Shown: in pieces, positions 1-12,545 of the stretch
Numbering within the stretch: position 1 is the stretch's first letter
Layout: every line of letters starts with the position of its first letter
Assembly (NCBI GenBank): GCA_010405405.1
Contig: MU004237.1
Coordinates: 941,345 to 1,005,344, forward strand
DNA length: 64,000 nucleotides
Direction of reading: 5' to 3'
DNA from: Microthyrium microscopicum
Taxonomy: Eukaryota
Notes under the pieces: generated by a model
Databases searched by the model: none
Seen by the model: only the letters and a program-made list of their open reading frames with translations
Told to the model about the DNA's origin: nothing
Translations under genes and position numbers: made by a program

Positions 1-842
1 TCCATCTGGATCGAAAACCCACGCTACCAAAAAGTCGTCGACGCCCACGACGGCGTCGCACCACCCGAAGCCCGTCTCCCACCCGCAATCCTCGGCGGCA
101 TCCTCCTACCCATCGGCCTCTTCTGGTTCGCATGGACGAATTCGCCAACTCTACCATGGGCCGCTAGCATTGCTGCCGGAATCCCCTTTGGATTAGGCAT
201 GGTTCTCGTCTTCCTCAGCATAATGGTACATACCCGCCCCTCCATTTTCCCAATATCACGCACTAACATATCCAACAGAACTATCTAATAGATTCCTACA
301 CAATCTTCGCCGCCTCCGTCCTAGCCGCCAATGCCGTCCTGCGCTCCACCTTCGGCGCTGTCTTCCCCCTCTTCACCACACAAATGTACAACGGGCTCGG
401 CACCCATTGGGCGTCCTCCGTGCCCGGATTCCTCGCCCTCGCATGTGTGCCCGCGCCCTTTATCTTCTACAAATACGGCGCAGCCATCCGCGCGCGCTGC
501 AAGTTTGCGGCGGAGGCGGAGGCGTTTATGACGAAGATGCGGGGCGATGCGGCGGATCATGAGGCGGAGATGCGGGCGGAGAAGGAGCCGGAGGCGTTGA
601 CGGAGGAGGAGGAGAATGAGGAGTTGTGGGCGGAGAAACAGAGGCAGAAGGAGTTGCAGGCGGGTAATGGTGGAGAGGATGGGGCGAGGTTTGAGAGGAT
701 TCAGACGGGTCGGAGTGGGAGGTCTCTAAGGCAGACGCAGAGTAGGGCGAGTCAGAGACAGTGGGATGATAATCCGTATACGATGGATCGGGTTAATACG
801 AGGGAGAGCTTTCATACTAGGAAGTCTTCTTCAAGGCGGTAA
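1..842 (+). CDS. MFS multidrug transporter, DHA1 family (3' part only, 5' end outside window)
   Basis: Spliced translation [25 protein letters not shown]...[37 protein letters not shown] is the typical DHA1 C-terminal TM set. Intron at about 226-278 (GTACAT..CTAAC..CAG). Confidence 0.9.
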
Positions 843-1397
843 TGGTGGGTTGTAATTCTGGGCGCTGGTGGTGGGGGGTTTGAGATTGTATGATACCCTG
901 ACGAAGTTGCATTTTGGAGCGTTGGAGCTTGTATTTATATGTACTAGTAATTCAAAATAATGTCTGATATTAACAGATAATAGTGTTCATGTCAATTATC
1001 TTCGAGCATCAATCGAAACCGTGAATAGTATCGGCCCGAAAAGACGTCTCCGATGCAGGCCGTTTCGGCTCAACGTTTATATTCAATGCAAACCTAACAG
1101 TGGCTGGCAATCTGTTGATAAAAAGTCATGAGTTAGAAAATGATGAGCAATAATAAAGAGACAGTTAATGATAAACCATCTGAAAAATAATTGACGATTG
1201 GATTGCTGGGTGAAAAAAGGTCTAAGTAGCTCTACGTAATTGCTGACTACGCACAACCAGAGCTCATGGTTTGTGTGCCTCCACATTTTGGCGCAACACT
1301 TTGAACCTCGACATCACCTCTACGGATCTCGCTCTGGATTTTACGCACCACTCCACAGAGCCTTTCCCGGGCTCCTGGTATCCCTCCTGCCGTCATC

Positions 1398-4326
1398 ATG
1401 CCTCAAACACTCAGCTCGAAAGACCAGGCCAATTTCCGCTCTCTGGTTCGGCTATACGAAGCAAAGCAGTACAAGAAAGGTATGTCGGCAAGCTTCTGGC
1501 CCAATAAACTCGGTTTTAAAAGACTAACCTACTGAAAATAGCTATTAAAACTGCCGACCAAATCCTCAAAAAGAACGCGAACCATGGAGAGACTGAGGCT
1601 ATGAAAGCCTTAACCATCAACTCTCAAGGAAATCAAGAAGAAGGTACATATCCTAGTCGAATATTTGTTCAATGATGAGATCGGACATTCGCGACAGTCA
1701 GAAAGGATACACGGAGAAATTGGTCGTTTCTGAGAATCATCCACTCTCTAGCCAGTAACAATTCTGGTTGAGGGTGGACGGTTTTTCAGCTGCCACTATT
1801 TTGAGCTGTCTTCACCTGCATCACGCATTCTACTGAACCTTAAACTGACAACTTCATCGCATAGCTTTCGCACTCGGAAAAGTCGCTCTCCAACATGACA
1901 TGAAAAGCCACATCACCTGGCACGTATACGGCATTCTATGGCGCAGTGTCAAGAACTACGATGAAGCCATTCGCGCCTACAAAATGGCCTTGAGAATAGA
2001 GCCTGAATCCGCCCAAATCCTTCGCGATCTCGCCCTCCTACAAGTACAAATGAGAGACTATCAAGGTCATATTCAGAGTCGGAAACTCATGCTACAGGCC
2101 AAACCAACACTTCGACAAAATTGGACTGGTCTTGCTGTTGCTCATCACATTGCTGGCGAACTGAAAGCCGCGGAGAGCATGTTAGAAACATATGAAGGGA
2201 CACTGAAGCAGCAGCCTTCCAGAGCTGATAGTGAGCACTCGGAAGCAGCGTTATACCGCAACATGATCATCGAAGAGGAGGGTGATAATGAACGTGCATT
2301 GGAACATCTCAATTCTATCAAGAAAACGAATCTGGACCGAACAGCGGTTCTTGAGGTAGAGGCTCGACTTCTTCTCAAGTTAGGACGCCTTGAAGAGGCC
2401 GAAAAAGCATATCGTGGACTAGTGGATCGAAACAATGAATACCGGGCTTACTTTGAAGGGTTGGAAAAGAGCATGGGTCTGGATAGAGCAAAAGAAAGCG
2501 ACATTCCAAAACTTGTGGAGCTCTACGAATCATACGCATCAAAGAGCGAGAGACTGGATGCAGCGCGACGAATTCCTTTAGACTTCCTTGAAGGGGAGAG
2601 ATTTGAAAAGGCAGCTGATGCATATCTGCAGAGAATGCTCCGGAAAGGCGTTCCATCAACTTTCACAAACATCAAAGGTCTATACGCGGACGAATCAAAA
2701 CGGAAGATTATTATCAAACTGGTCGAAGGATATCTTTCCATTGCGCCGGAAAAGTCCGAAAGCGAATCAAATGGAGATAAACCAGATCGACTTCGAGAGT
2801 CCACCCTATTCTACCTCAATCAACACTACAATTATCACATCACACGCGACCTAGACAAGGCTCTCAAGTATGTCGAAGAGGTCATAAAACTGGCCCCGAA
2901 AAACATTGTCTATATCCAAGCCAAGGCAAGAGTTTTGAAGCATCTTGGTAATGTGACGAAGGCAGCGGAAATTATGGAATTTGCACGAGCATCAGACGAA
3001 AAAGATCGGTACATCAATACAAAAGCCGCCAAGTATCAATTACGGAACAATGACAACGACCGAGCCGTCAAGACAATGAGCAAGTTCACGAGAAATGAGG
3101 CTGTTGGAGGCGCACTTGGAGATTTGCATGATATGCAATGTATGTGGTTCCTCACCGAAGATGGAGAGGCATATGTCCGACGAGGAAAGCTTGGACTGGC
3201 ATTGAAGCGATTCAAATCGATATACGACATATTCGAGACATGGTATGAGGATCAGTTTGACTTTCACTTCTTCTCGATACGAAAAGGAGCTGTTCGGGCT
3301 TATATGGACCTATTGCGATGGGAAGATCATATCCGGGATCACCCATTCTTCTCACGAGCAGCAATTAACGCCATAAACATCTACTGCCAACTTTACGACG
3401 ATCCAAGTCTTGCAGGCCCTCAGGTCAATGGCTCTATTGACTTCGACAAACTCGATGCGAACGAAAAGAAGAAGGCCCTGAAAAAGGCAAAAAAGGAGCA
3501 GGAGAAGCAAGAAAAAGTAGAGGCTGAGCGAAGAGAGTCTGAGAGAAAAGCCATGCTTAAGAGCCAAAAGGCACAGAAGAAGGACCCGGACGCAGAAGTG
3601 AAGCAAGCAGATGCTGATCCTAATGGAAAGAAGCTGCTTGAGACCAAAACCCCTTTGGATGATGCGACGCCCTACGTCAACTTCCTACTGGAATTCGCGC
3701 CTAAGAATATCGAGTCTCAATTCGCAGGTTTCGATGTCTTTGTCCGCAAAGGTACGCATCACTTAATCCCCGACATTAATTCAAAACTAACATCCCTTGC
3801 AGCAAAAATACTACTCGCGCTCAAATGCATACAAGCAGCTCATCAAATCAATCCAGATCATCCAGGTCTCCACGAGCGGCTTACTCGCTTCCGCAAAACT
3901 CGTGAGTTCTCCAATTTCCTCTCATTTCACAATCTAACATACCCAGTCGACGCTTCCGAAAGCTCTAACCCCAAAGTCGCACAAGTCATCAAATCCTGCA
4001 TCTCCATCATCCCCGCCTCCTCCGGCCTATCCGAAGCCAACGAATCCTACCTCACCAAACACAAATCCAGTCCTCAACATATCTACAGCGCCCTACGCAC
4101 CCGCGCCTTCCTCGATCCATCTTCCAAAGCGCAGAACGAAAAAGAACTCCTTACCAGCCTCGATCATGCTAGCCTGGAGGATGCTATCGATGGCTTGGCG
4201 TTACTCAAGCGTTGGGGAAGTAAAGAAGATGTCAAGAGCAAGTATGTTGATGCCGCAATGAAGAAGTGGTCGGAGGCAACGGTCTTGAGTGGCGGCGCAA
4301 ATGCGAGTGCTGGGGCAGAGCGATAG
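1398..4326 (+). CDS. NAT1: N-terminal acetyltransferase A (NatA) auxiliary subunit, TPR/NARP1
   Basis: Start MPQTLSSKDQANFRSLVRLYEAKQYKK. Contains DMKSHITWHVYG, DRYINTKAAKY, LHDMQCMWF and EDQFDFH motifs of Nat1/Naa15. Introns at about 1480-1541, 1644-1864, 3752-3801 and 3902-3946. Confidence 0.95.
1667..1737 (+). ncRNA. Candidate intronic box C/D snoRNA in NAT1 intron 2
   Basis: Box C ATGATGA at 1672-1678, box D CTGA at 1730-1733, short terminal stem GTTC/GAAT, possible D' box CAGA at 1699-1702. Sits in an unusually long (about 220 nt) intron. Confidence 0.55.
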
Positions 4327-4798
4327 GAGTTTTCTGGTTTGAGACGCAAGTGTGTGTGTTCATAGCGTTGGGTTGGCATCAAAATCTAGCGAGCCACGTA
4401 GCTAGACTGGTGTAAAGTTACTGAATTAATGCATTCAAATTTTGCATTATCAATCGGATGGAAGACTTTTGCTGACTTCTTGATAAGTTTTCGTAGGACT
4501 TGCTAATTGAGCCATAGTCACGCCTTCAATTCTCAGTAGGAATTCGCAAAGCTGGGTAGCAGATCTTCCCGCGGCACCGACATTGACGATAGGAAATAAA
4601 AGCAGCATCAACTGTTCTTCCAAAGCTCTAGTCTAGTTTGGTGTCCTCATTGCTGTCATTGCAGCTATCAAGAAATCAACTCCTACTGCCTCTACGAATC
4701 GATCTGGTTGCCTTTTCTTTCGTTGTCTAACGCTAGTAGGCAATCATCCGATTCAAATTGTTCATGCATAATCCATTTCCTCACACAACTGCTAACAC

Positions 4799-6568
4799 CT
4801 AAAACATATCTTCAAGTAGCTTTTTTTCCTTCTCGATGGGGTTCTCGATGGGGAATTGGATGAAACGATGAAAGTCATGCCAATCGAACATCAGAAAACT
4901 TGCAAGGCCTTGATCTTTCAAAAGATCACAGTCACTTCGATGTCCTTTCTCATTCCAGCCATAGTCCTCACATTCCTAATCACGAAATGTCAGTCTAATG
5001 CTAAAGGAATTCTTTTAGACAATACTTGCAGCATTGCAATACCAGAAAAGTGAACAAGAACTACACATGTTCCAGAGACTAAGAAAGTTCGAATTATTGC
5101 ATGCATAGCACTTTTTTGAAAGCAAACAATACTCTTGAAGTTTGTCGTTGAAGGCCATCAAGTCGTCCAGCGTCATGGGAAAAATCTGCAAAGCACCAAA
5201 CACGTTAGCGGACTGTAATGGGCATCTCTATCATTGAACAGTGTACTATACCATCAGCCTGGCTTGGTCTTGCACACACACGCGTTCGCTCTCTGCATGT
5301 TGTTCGCCGTATAAGACGGCTACTGTCCATCCGACCTTGAGCTCTTGTTCATTGACCGTCAGCAGCCGTTCTCCCAGGTCGTTGGTACCAAAGACAACGG
5401 ACACTAGGTTGCCGGCGACATCCTTGACTTTGACAATGTGCCGAGACTTATATTCGACGCTCAAAATCTCCGCGAGGAAACACCAGTGCCGGAGAGGTTT
5501 CTCAGGATTATCCGTTTCGTGGAAATCCGAATCGGGGGCGCCGGGAACTGGAAGCTCATAGAACGAAGGAAAGTTCGCATGGTCGCGAAGATCTTTCGGC
5601 TCTCGTAGTGACTGTTCCTTCTCCCTCCGCCAGAGCCAGTTTTCCCATTGCATGGATTCGGGGTCAAGATGAGTTGGAATATCGGCCGTACTTGAGCGCC
5701 ATTTCTGTGTCAGTCCAGTGGACTTGATTTTCTTCACTGGATTACCCATGGCAGCCTGGCAGCGAAGATAATTTGAGCTGTCGTCTCCTTGGTGATTGAG
5801 ATATCCCATCATTGCCTTCCTCAGAAAAGCAGTTGCTCTTGCATGGTCGCTGTGGGTATAGCAAAGCAAAGCAGCCTGCAAAAAAATCGATGGCCAAGCA
5901 GTGGAAGACTCACTGTGAAGCTGGGCTATTCTATCCCAGCGTGAAAGTGTTTTCAACGGCCATTCCTTGACTCCTCGGTCGCCGTGTTTTCTTCTGATCA
6001 AATCGATGCTTGCTATCTCATTTTTCTTCCTATCGTGCTCGGCACTAAGGCTTGGAGGCGATGTGCAGAGGTAACACGAACAGGGAAAACCAAATTTCTT
6101 CTTATGGAGCGCTTGACGAGTCGCGCGATCACCAGTTATAGCTATCCAGCTTATGTAAATCTCTTCATCCTCGTGAATAGTTCTAAGAGCATGAACGGTA
6201 TGGCGCTTGGTATTTTCGTTCCAGTGACCAACCGCATTTGGCTGACAAGAGTGTCTGATACGAGAGGCGACCACAAACAGCCCTTGTTGATTATCTTTTT
6301 GAGGCAAGCTAACTGTCCTGAAGACTCTCACAAAATAGTGCCAGATGGGATGAAAGGGGTCGCTGTCATACATCGAATTGAACTCGGCCTTTTGGAAGTC
6401 GTCAAGCTTATCGTATTGACGAGTCAACTCTTTGAGCGCGTTTTCGTAGGATACATCACGGCTCACAGAAGTGCTGATGATAGGCTCCTCTTCGAGAATG
6501 CGCGTACCAAGTGGGATCATCTGAGTGGCGTAGAGGCCTTGGCCTGTTGAGGTTCTAACTGCATACAT
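4799..6568 (-). CDS. SET-domain protein with TPR-like helices, RHWCFLAEI domain and C-terminal MYND finger (paralog 1)
   Basis: GQGLYAT, SRIRHSCQPNA and post-SET CSCYLC. Spliced C-terminus CYAC..CSSC..YCNA|EC..H..DC. Two introns, the second GC-AG (4976-5029). Confidence 0.85.
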
Positions 6569-7327
6569 TGTGCTAGGAGAAATCGCAAGCGTGATATTCA
6601 AGTCTAGTCTTCACTGTATAGTAGTGGAATCTCATCAGAGACTGCCAAAGACACGGCTTTATACAACTTGCGATGCAGTCTATCAGGATTTGATCCATGA
6701 CGATTCAAAAAGGCTTCAAAGTCTGGTTTGGTCACGGCCATATGACTGTCTTGACTGACACGCGATCTGATATTCAAAGACGCGGACTTTAAAGGAAAGA
6801 TCAGTGAGTCACTTGCATAATACCCATATCCGATACAGTGTCCATCATGACACTTGAAGAGTGACTGACCCATGTCCTTTGCAGTCAACTGGTAGACAAA
6901 ATAAGTGGCGTGCTCCCATCGACTTCGATGGCCTCCAGACGACCCGGTTTGCTATCGAGTGTTTTATGTCCCTGACAGGACATTCAGAATTGGACAGTCT
7001 ATCAAGTGCAATGGAAGATATAAAATCTGTCATTTAGTAGCATGCATGGGACCCGGCGGAACTGATGGGGGCACGCCAGTTATTTTGTCCACGGTTGGCA
7101 GTCTATGACTTCGTAAGCCTTTGACCCGTTTGATTTAGTATTGGAGAATGGTTGCGGCAGACATCGTAGCTGATGAGAGTTCTGTACAAAAGCTCGGTCA
7201 TTTTGATACCAAAGAGGTGCAATCCATTCTACTTGCTGATACCGGAGTATCACGCAGCGGTAGCTCTATTTGTAATAACAATGTGCAAGTGATACGTCCG
7301 CGAAGCCATGTCAAACTAACCTAGAGG

Positions 7328-9124
7328 CTAGGACCCAGTGAGAGAAAATGTAGCATGATTCCGGAACTCGTCCCATTTGAGCCGAAGCAACATTAGCATA
7401 TCGGGCTTGGTCAGTCGTTTACAGTCGGCTTCATGTCCAAAGTCGTCCTCCGCAAGCAATATGCAGTCCTGGCCATACTGGTTAGTCGATTCCTGTGTCA
7501 GAGTTGCAAGAAATACTTACCGGACAGAGCCAGTACATGTAACACTTCAGACAAAGTTCCCCCTCGAAATGCGATGACGAATATTTTTTGCGACATGTGG
7601 CTACCCAGCAGGTTCTGAAGCCATCCTTTTCTTCCGAGAACTGGTGAACTCGGTCATTCAGCTCTAGAAACTTCTGTAATGAAATGGGAAAGATCTAGGA
7701 CCAAGTGGAATTATTTAGCAGGTTCAGTTCAACAGAATCAAACCAAAGTGTTCTAGTACCTGTACTCTTTTTACATCAGTCACATTGATGGCAATAAACT
7801 CTAACTTCTGGTCGTCCTTTTTTTCGACTTCGAACTTGTGCTTTTCTGGATAGAGGATCGCAACCGTGTACTCGCCTGTGGTCCACGGCGGGTCAACTTG
7901 CCGCCATTGATCCTCGACAGGCGGGCTTGCTACTGTGAATTGCTGGCCGTCGTCGTCTCGAAGTTTGATATATGTCTGTCCATCGTCTTCCCCAATCCCC
8001 AGAAAATGACCAAAGAGGCACCAATGTCGACGTGGCTGTTTGACCGAGTTAGTGATATCAGTCAAGTCCGAGTCGAGAGCATTATCCATGGGGACGTCAG
8101 CGAATGTTGGGAAGTATTTTCGTTCCCGGAAATTCATCAGCTTCCCTGGGATGAGAGGCTTTTCTCTTCTCCAGAGCCAGTCTTCTAATGATCTCTCTCC
8201 AGTCGTCCCTTCGAGCAATTGGGTTGGATCAGTGTTTATCGCGGTCTTCCATCTGGTTGAGGTACAGTATCCAGGGTGTCTTGATGGATCTGCCAATAAT
8301 GTGCGGCAATTGTCTACCCGCTTGCTGTCGCCGTAAGCATTGATGCAGTATCGCATGTATCTTACATGGAAGACACGCCATCTCGCGAGGTCACTGTTGA
8401 CAATGGCAACATTGCTGGCCTCCCAGTACAATCGTGCCCAGCGACGGTCAAATTGATTGCAACGCTGAGCGAGTTGGTCGAGGCAATGAAGCGTTTTTTC
8501 AGGCCACAGTTGAGGTCCCTTGTTATCGTGTCGAGTGACGAAGCGCTGTAGCGTATTGATCTCTTTCATCTTTTCATCATTTGTGAGGTTTTCTTCTGTG
8601 GGCAAAGAACAAACCTGGCATTCGCACGCCACACCATATTTATCAATATGAGAACGCTGACGGTTTGCACGAGGGCCATCGAACTCCAAAAGGAAAAGCG
8701 TGAGTTCCTCGTTCTTCTCAATATCCCGAAGTGCATGAACAGTATATCCTCCAATCTTGGAATTCCACATCCCGTAACAGTTGGGGGCGCAAGAGTGTCT
8801 GATCAAACATGCTTCCAGAAAGACTCCTCTGTGTTGAGATTCATTGACTTTCATTGGGAGGCTCACAGTGTGAAATATCCAGGCATATGTGCCTTTCTAA
8901 GACGGCGTGCCTTGTTTTTTGGACATCGAGCTGAATAAATATGCGACGCTAGGGGCGAGCGCGTGTATTTGGGGCATGATGTGTTGTTGTATTTCGAGGT
9001 TGGATAAGATAGAAATGGGCGCATGAATGATGGCATCTTCTGACAGAATCCGGGTTCCTAGTTCAATGGATTCTGTTGCAAACAGGCCTTGGCCTTTGTC
9101 AAGAATATATTGAAGCTCATACAT
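7328..9124 (-). pseudogene. SET-MYND paralog 2, interrupted by one in-frame TAG (8897-8899); pseudogene or edited/readthrough gene
   Basis: ORFs 8897-9142 and 7724-8866 are in the same frame, separated only by TAG. Motifs GQGLFAT, IRHSCAPNC, CECQVC, RHWCLFG, and a spliced MYND-like tail ending LKWDEFR. Confidence 0.8.
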
Positions 9125-9999
9125 CGAGCCGGTGGATGTCAAGAGTTGTGATCTAACTCAAGACGATTGCGAATCATTTCCAATATGGGATATTTGGGTA
9201 AACAAGTGGAAGCGTTCTTGCCGACGTTTTCATGTTTTCTCCCCTGGAGGCCACAATCGTTCTTGACGTAGTAGAGGTAATCATATCAGCACGTACCTGT
9301 TGAGACGTGCTCCCATCTTTAACAGTATCTAAAGCCTGGATGACGCCCTCAAGTCACACATACAACTCAATTCTTACATTGCTGGCAGATACAGAGGTCA
9401 GATGGAAAAATTATACAAAGTATTGGCGATTGGAATTCCGCTGTAATTACCTATTAGACATTCGTGCATTGTACCCGAAGTACGAACCTGCGTATTTACA
9501 TGGCTATTATCAAGATCATGATATCAACGGTACTTGGGTGGAATTGCGGCCTTTCAACAAGTCAACAAAATGGATAGCGTGCTCGCATGAGTCTCACTGG
9601 CTCCCAGATGAATTGCTTAGGTACTGGACTGGACTGCTCGATGAGATTGAGGAAGGAACCGCCATGCTAATAACAGTCACGGCCATGGGAGCACTTTACC
9701 TTTGACGTACCACTTCCGTAGAATGCAGGCGTTGGCCCAGCTATATCATCTGTAAAGTTGTTATGCATCGATTTGTCCCATTTTGCACCACAACATTCAC
9801 TTTGTCGAATTAAGTAGCTCCTGGTCTGTCGAACAGGTGGTCACGATTGCTATCGAAAATTGGTGGACATATGATACTGGGATTCAATTCGAGCCAGAAA
9901 ATCGAATTCTAGCTAACCTTTACGGATCCTGTCGTACTGGCTCACTTTGATAACAGAAATTGTTGAACTTATCGAACAAGTCTCAGCCAAGACCGGAAA

Positions 10000-11692
10000 C
10001 TAGGCCACACCGTCGAGAGGGAAGTGACGGAAGCTATTAAAGTTATCCCATTTCGAAAGAAACAACTCATGCAAATTTCCAAGTCCCAAGTCTTTGCACT
10101 CAGCATCATGTCCTCTGTCTCGCCGTCCAGCGTTTTCACAGACCTGATGCTTCAGATTAGTAAATAAGAACAGTATAAAAGCCGATGATGGAAGCCCACC
10201 TTATTGCAGTATGAAAAGACTTTGCACTTGGTACACGGGCTTAGTGATGTTGGCTGATGGCCGCAGGTATGGCACCTCCCTGAGGACTGTTGAATCCGTC
10301 CATTCAGTTCCATCATCCTCGAAAGCAAAAGACGGAATATCTATGAGCACCAAAGGCGTTAGCCAGTTTCTACAAGTGCCACGGATAAGGGTAAAGGCTA
10401 CCTACCCTCAGCTTCTTGATGTCCTGGACACGAATGACTGGTTCATCTTTGGCGCCATTGGCGTAAAGAACTGCTATAGTGTGTCCGCGCACAAGGAGAT
10501 CGGGGTTCTTTCCCTTCAACTCCTTTCCTTTCCCCGCAGTCTCAACGGATACGGTGACCTTGTTGCCGTCGAGGTCATTGGCAATTATCAGCAAACCGAG
10601 GTTGGTAGTCTTCAAATCCACAATCTGCGCTAGAAAACGCCAGTGTCTGCTGGGCAGCCTGGGCTGTTTGAAAAGGGCACCAGTGCCTGTTGTGATGTAG
10701 AAGTTGAATCTGTCCGCGACCCCGGTGGGAAGAGCCGAGAAAGTAGGAAAGTAGCTGCGATTTCGCAAATCAAAGGTTGGTCTTGGCTGCAATGTCAATC
10801 CTCTCCTCTGAAGCCAGTCTATAACAGTAATGGACGAATTTGTCAGGTATTTGTTGCACTCCTTGACATGGGCACTGTCTATGCCATAGACTTCCTTGTA
10901 CCGGTCCCGTGCGAGACTGGCAAACACTTTCCCACTTACCAAATCGCCGATGGCGTAGGCAACTTGAGCAGCCGAAAAGAGCACCATCGCCCGGTCAAAC
11001 GCGTATTTGGCAGTCGCTTCCACTAATTGGCAATGTAGCTGAAGCAAGTCGAACGACTGTTCTACAATTCCTCTCTGACCAATTCCTCCAATGTCACTGC
11101 GAAGTTTCTGAAGCGCTTGAACTTGCTGATCGCTCTGGAGGCTTAGATCTGGCGGCAAGGCGCGTTTAGAACACGAACACGGGAAACCGAAACGCTGTAT
11201 GTGAAGAATCTGACGCTGTTCTCGAATACCATCGGCCTCGAAGCTGCGTATAGTGATCTCTTCATGCTTCTGAATAGTTCGAAGAGCATGGACAGAAAGT
11301 TTACCTGTATATCCGCCCCAAGTACATACAGCATTAGGCTCGCAAGAGTGCGTTAGCCGAGATGCACACGAAAAGACTCCTCGGCCAGGTTGAGCGTCAG
11401 GGCCTTCCATTGATAAACTAACAGTCTCGAATATGTCCAATTTCTGCCGGAGAAAATCACTGGCAGGGTACTTGTTGTGCATACTGAGAAAGATCTGTTG
11501 CTCCTCATCAGTGAACTTATCGTAATGTTCATTTACAATTTTTTGACGCTCCTCGACGTTGGTATAGAGATCAAGCACCGAGGTCATGGGTGATTCTGCA
11601 AAAATGCAGGTGCTTATTGGGATCACGCTGTCCGCAAAGACGAATATGTCTTGCGGCCTACTGACAGTGTATGTCCAGTTTATCAAAGACAT
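10000..11692 (-). CDS. SET-MYND paralog 3 (frame open upstream to 11902, start uncertain)
   Basis: SRLTHSCEPNA and RHWRFLAQI. Spliced tail CHTC..CTKC..YCNK|VC..GHDAEC..KWDNF. Intron positions match paralog 1. Confidence 0.8.
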
Positions 11693-12545
11693 TGAAGACA
11701 CTATTCCCTTGATTCTGTTTCGAAAGGAATTTTTGGGAAAAAGAGTTTTGAAAGCCATTCTTTCTTGAAGCTTTATATTGTCTTGAAGCAATTCAAGTTG
11801 TCTTGACGTCTTCCAGTATATCACATTGACATTCACCTGATATGTCATGCTACAAAGGTTATGATTTCTTCGGCAAGTTACAGTTGTGTAGGGATCTGAC
11901 ATCTATCTGGAGCTTGCATATTTGTAGTATGTCGGCAGTTCTTGTTGCAAAGTTGGATTTCAGCTCCTGTCACTAGGAGCTATTGATATGATGTTAAATT
12001 GAAATCACAGTGTGCAAATCAGGACGAGGTTTGTGCTTGTTACAATGCCTCTGACACCGTCACTGACTCACTTCCACAGCTTGCAGCTACTCAAAAAGTA
12101 AGCGTCCACGCCCAGCAGGTTATACTGTGAAATATATGGGGCAATTGCGCAACTAGATCTTGACATTCTTATGAATCATATTTCTGACTTACGAACAAGA
12201 AATAATGTCACTGCCAGTTTCCTAAGTGCGTACGAATCGAATCTTAAGGCCGCAGTTGCCATGGCTTTGAGAAGAAAACAATATGAGCATGATTTTAAAT
12301 TTGAAAGAAACTCATTGAGTTGTCGTCATGATAAATCAACGAGACCAAGTTGACCATAAGCTGAAGTAGGGTGATTAGGTAAGGTTCCAATTGGCTGGAT
12401 GGTGCGGAGACATCAACTTTGAGTCATCTTGTGATCTCCAGTCCTTCTTCTACTCAACTATAAATTTCCTATAAGACTGGTCACTTCCAGCGTACCACTT
12501 CAGATCTTTCATGAAATTCCTAATCATTGTCATACTCTTTCAGTC

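Noticed and set aside
4830..4853. 12-bp tandem duplication TTCTCGATGGGG
   Set aside because: A simple in-frame duplication (PIEN/PIEK) at the C-terminus of SET paralog 1, with no further significance.
6604..7108. Short ORFs upstream of SET paralog 1 as an N-terminal extension or readthrough
   Set aside because: ORF 6604-6888 is in a different frame from the SET ORF, no homology was recognised, and the paralogs start at the MY..GQGL motif.
9307..9705. 132-aa plus-strand ORF between SET paralogs 2 and 3
   Set aside because: Non-ATG start and no recognisable motif; cannot be supported without a search.
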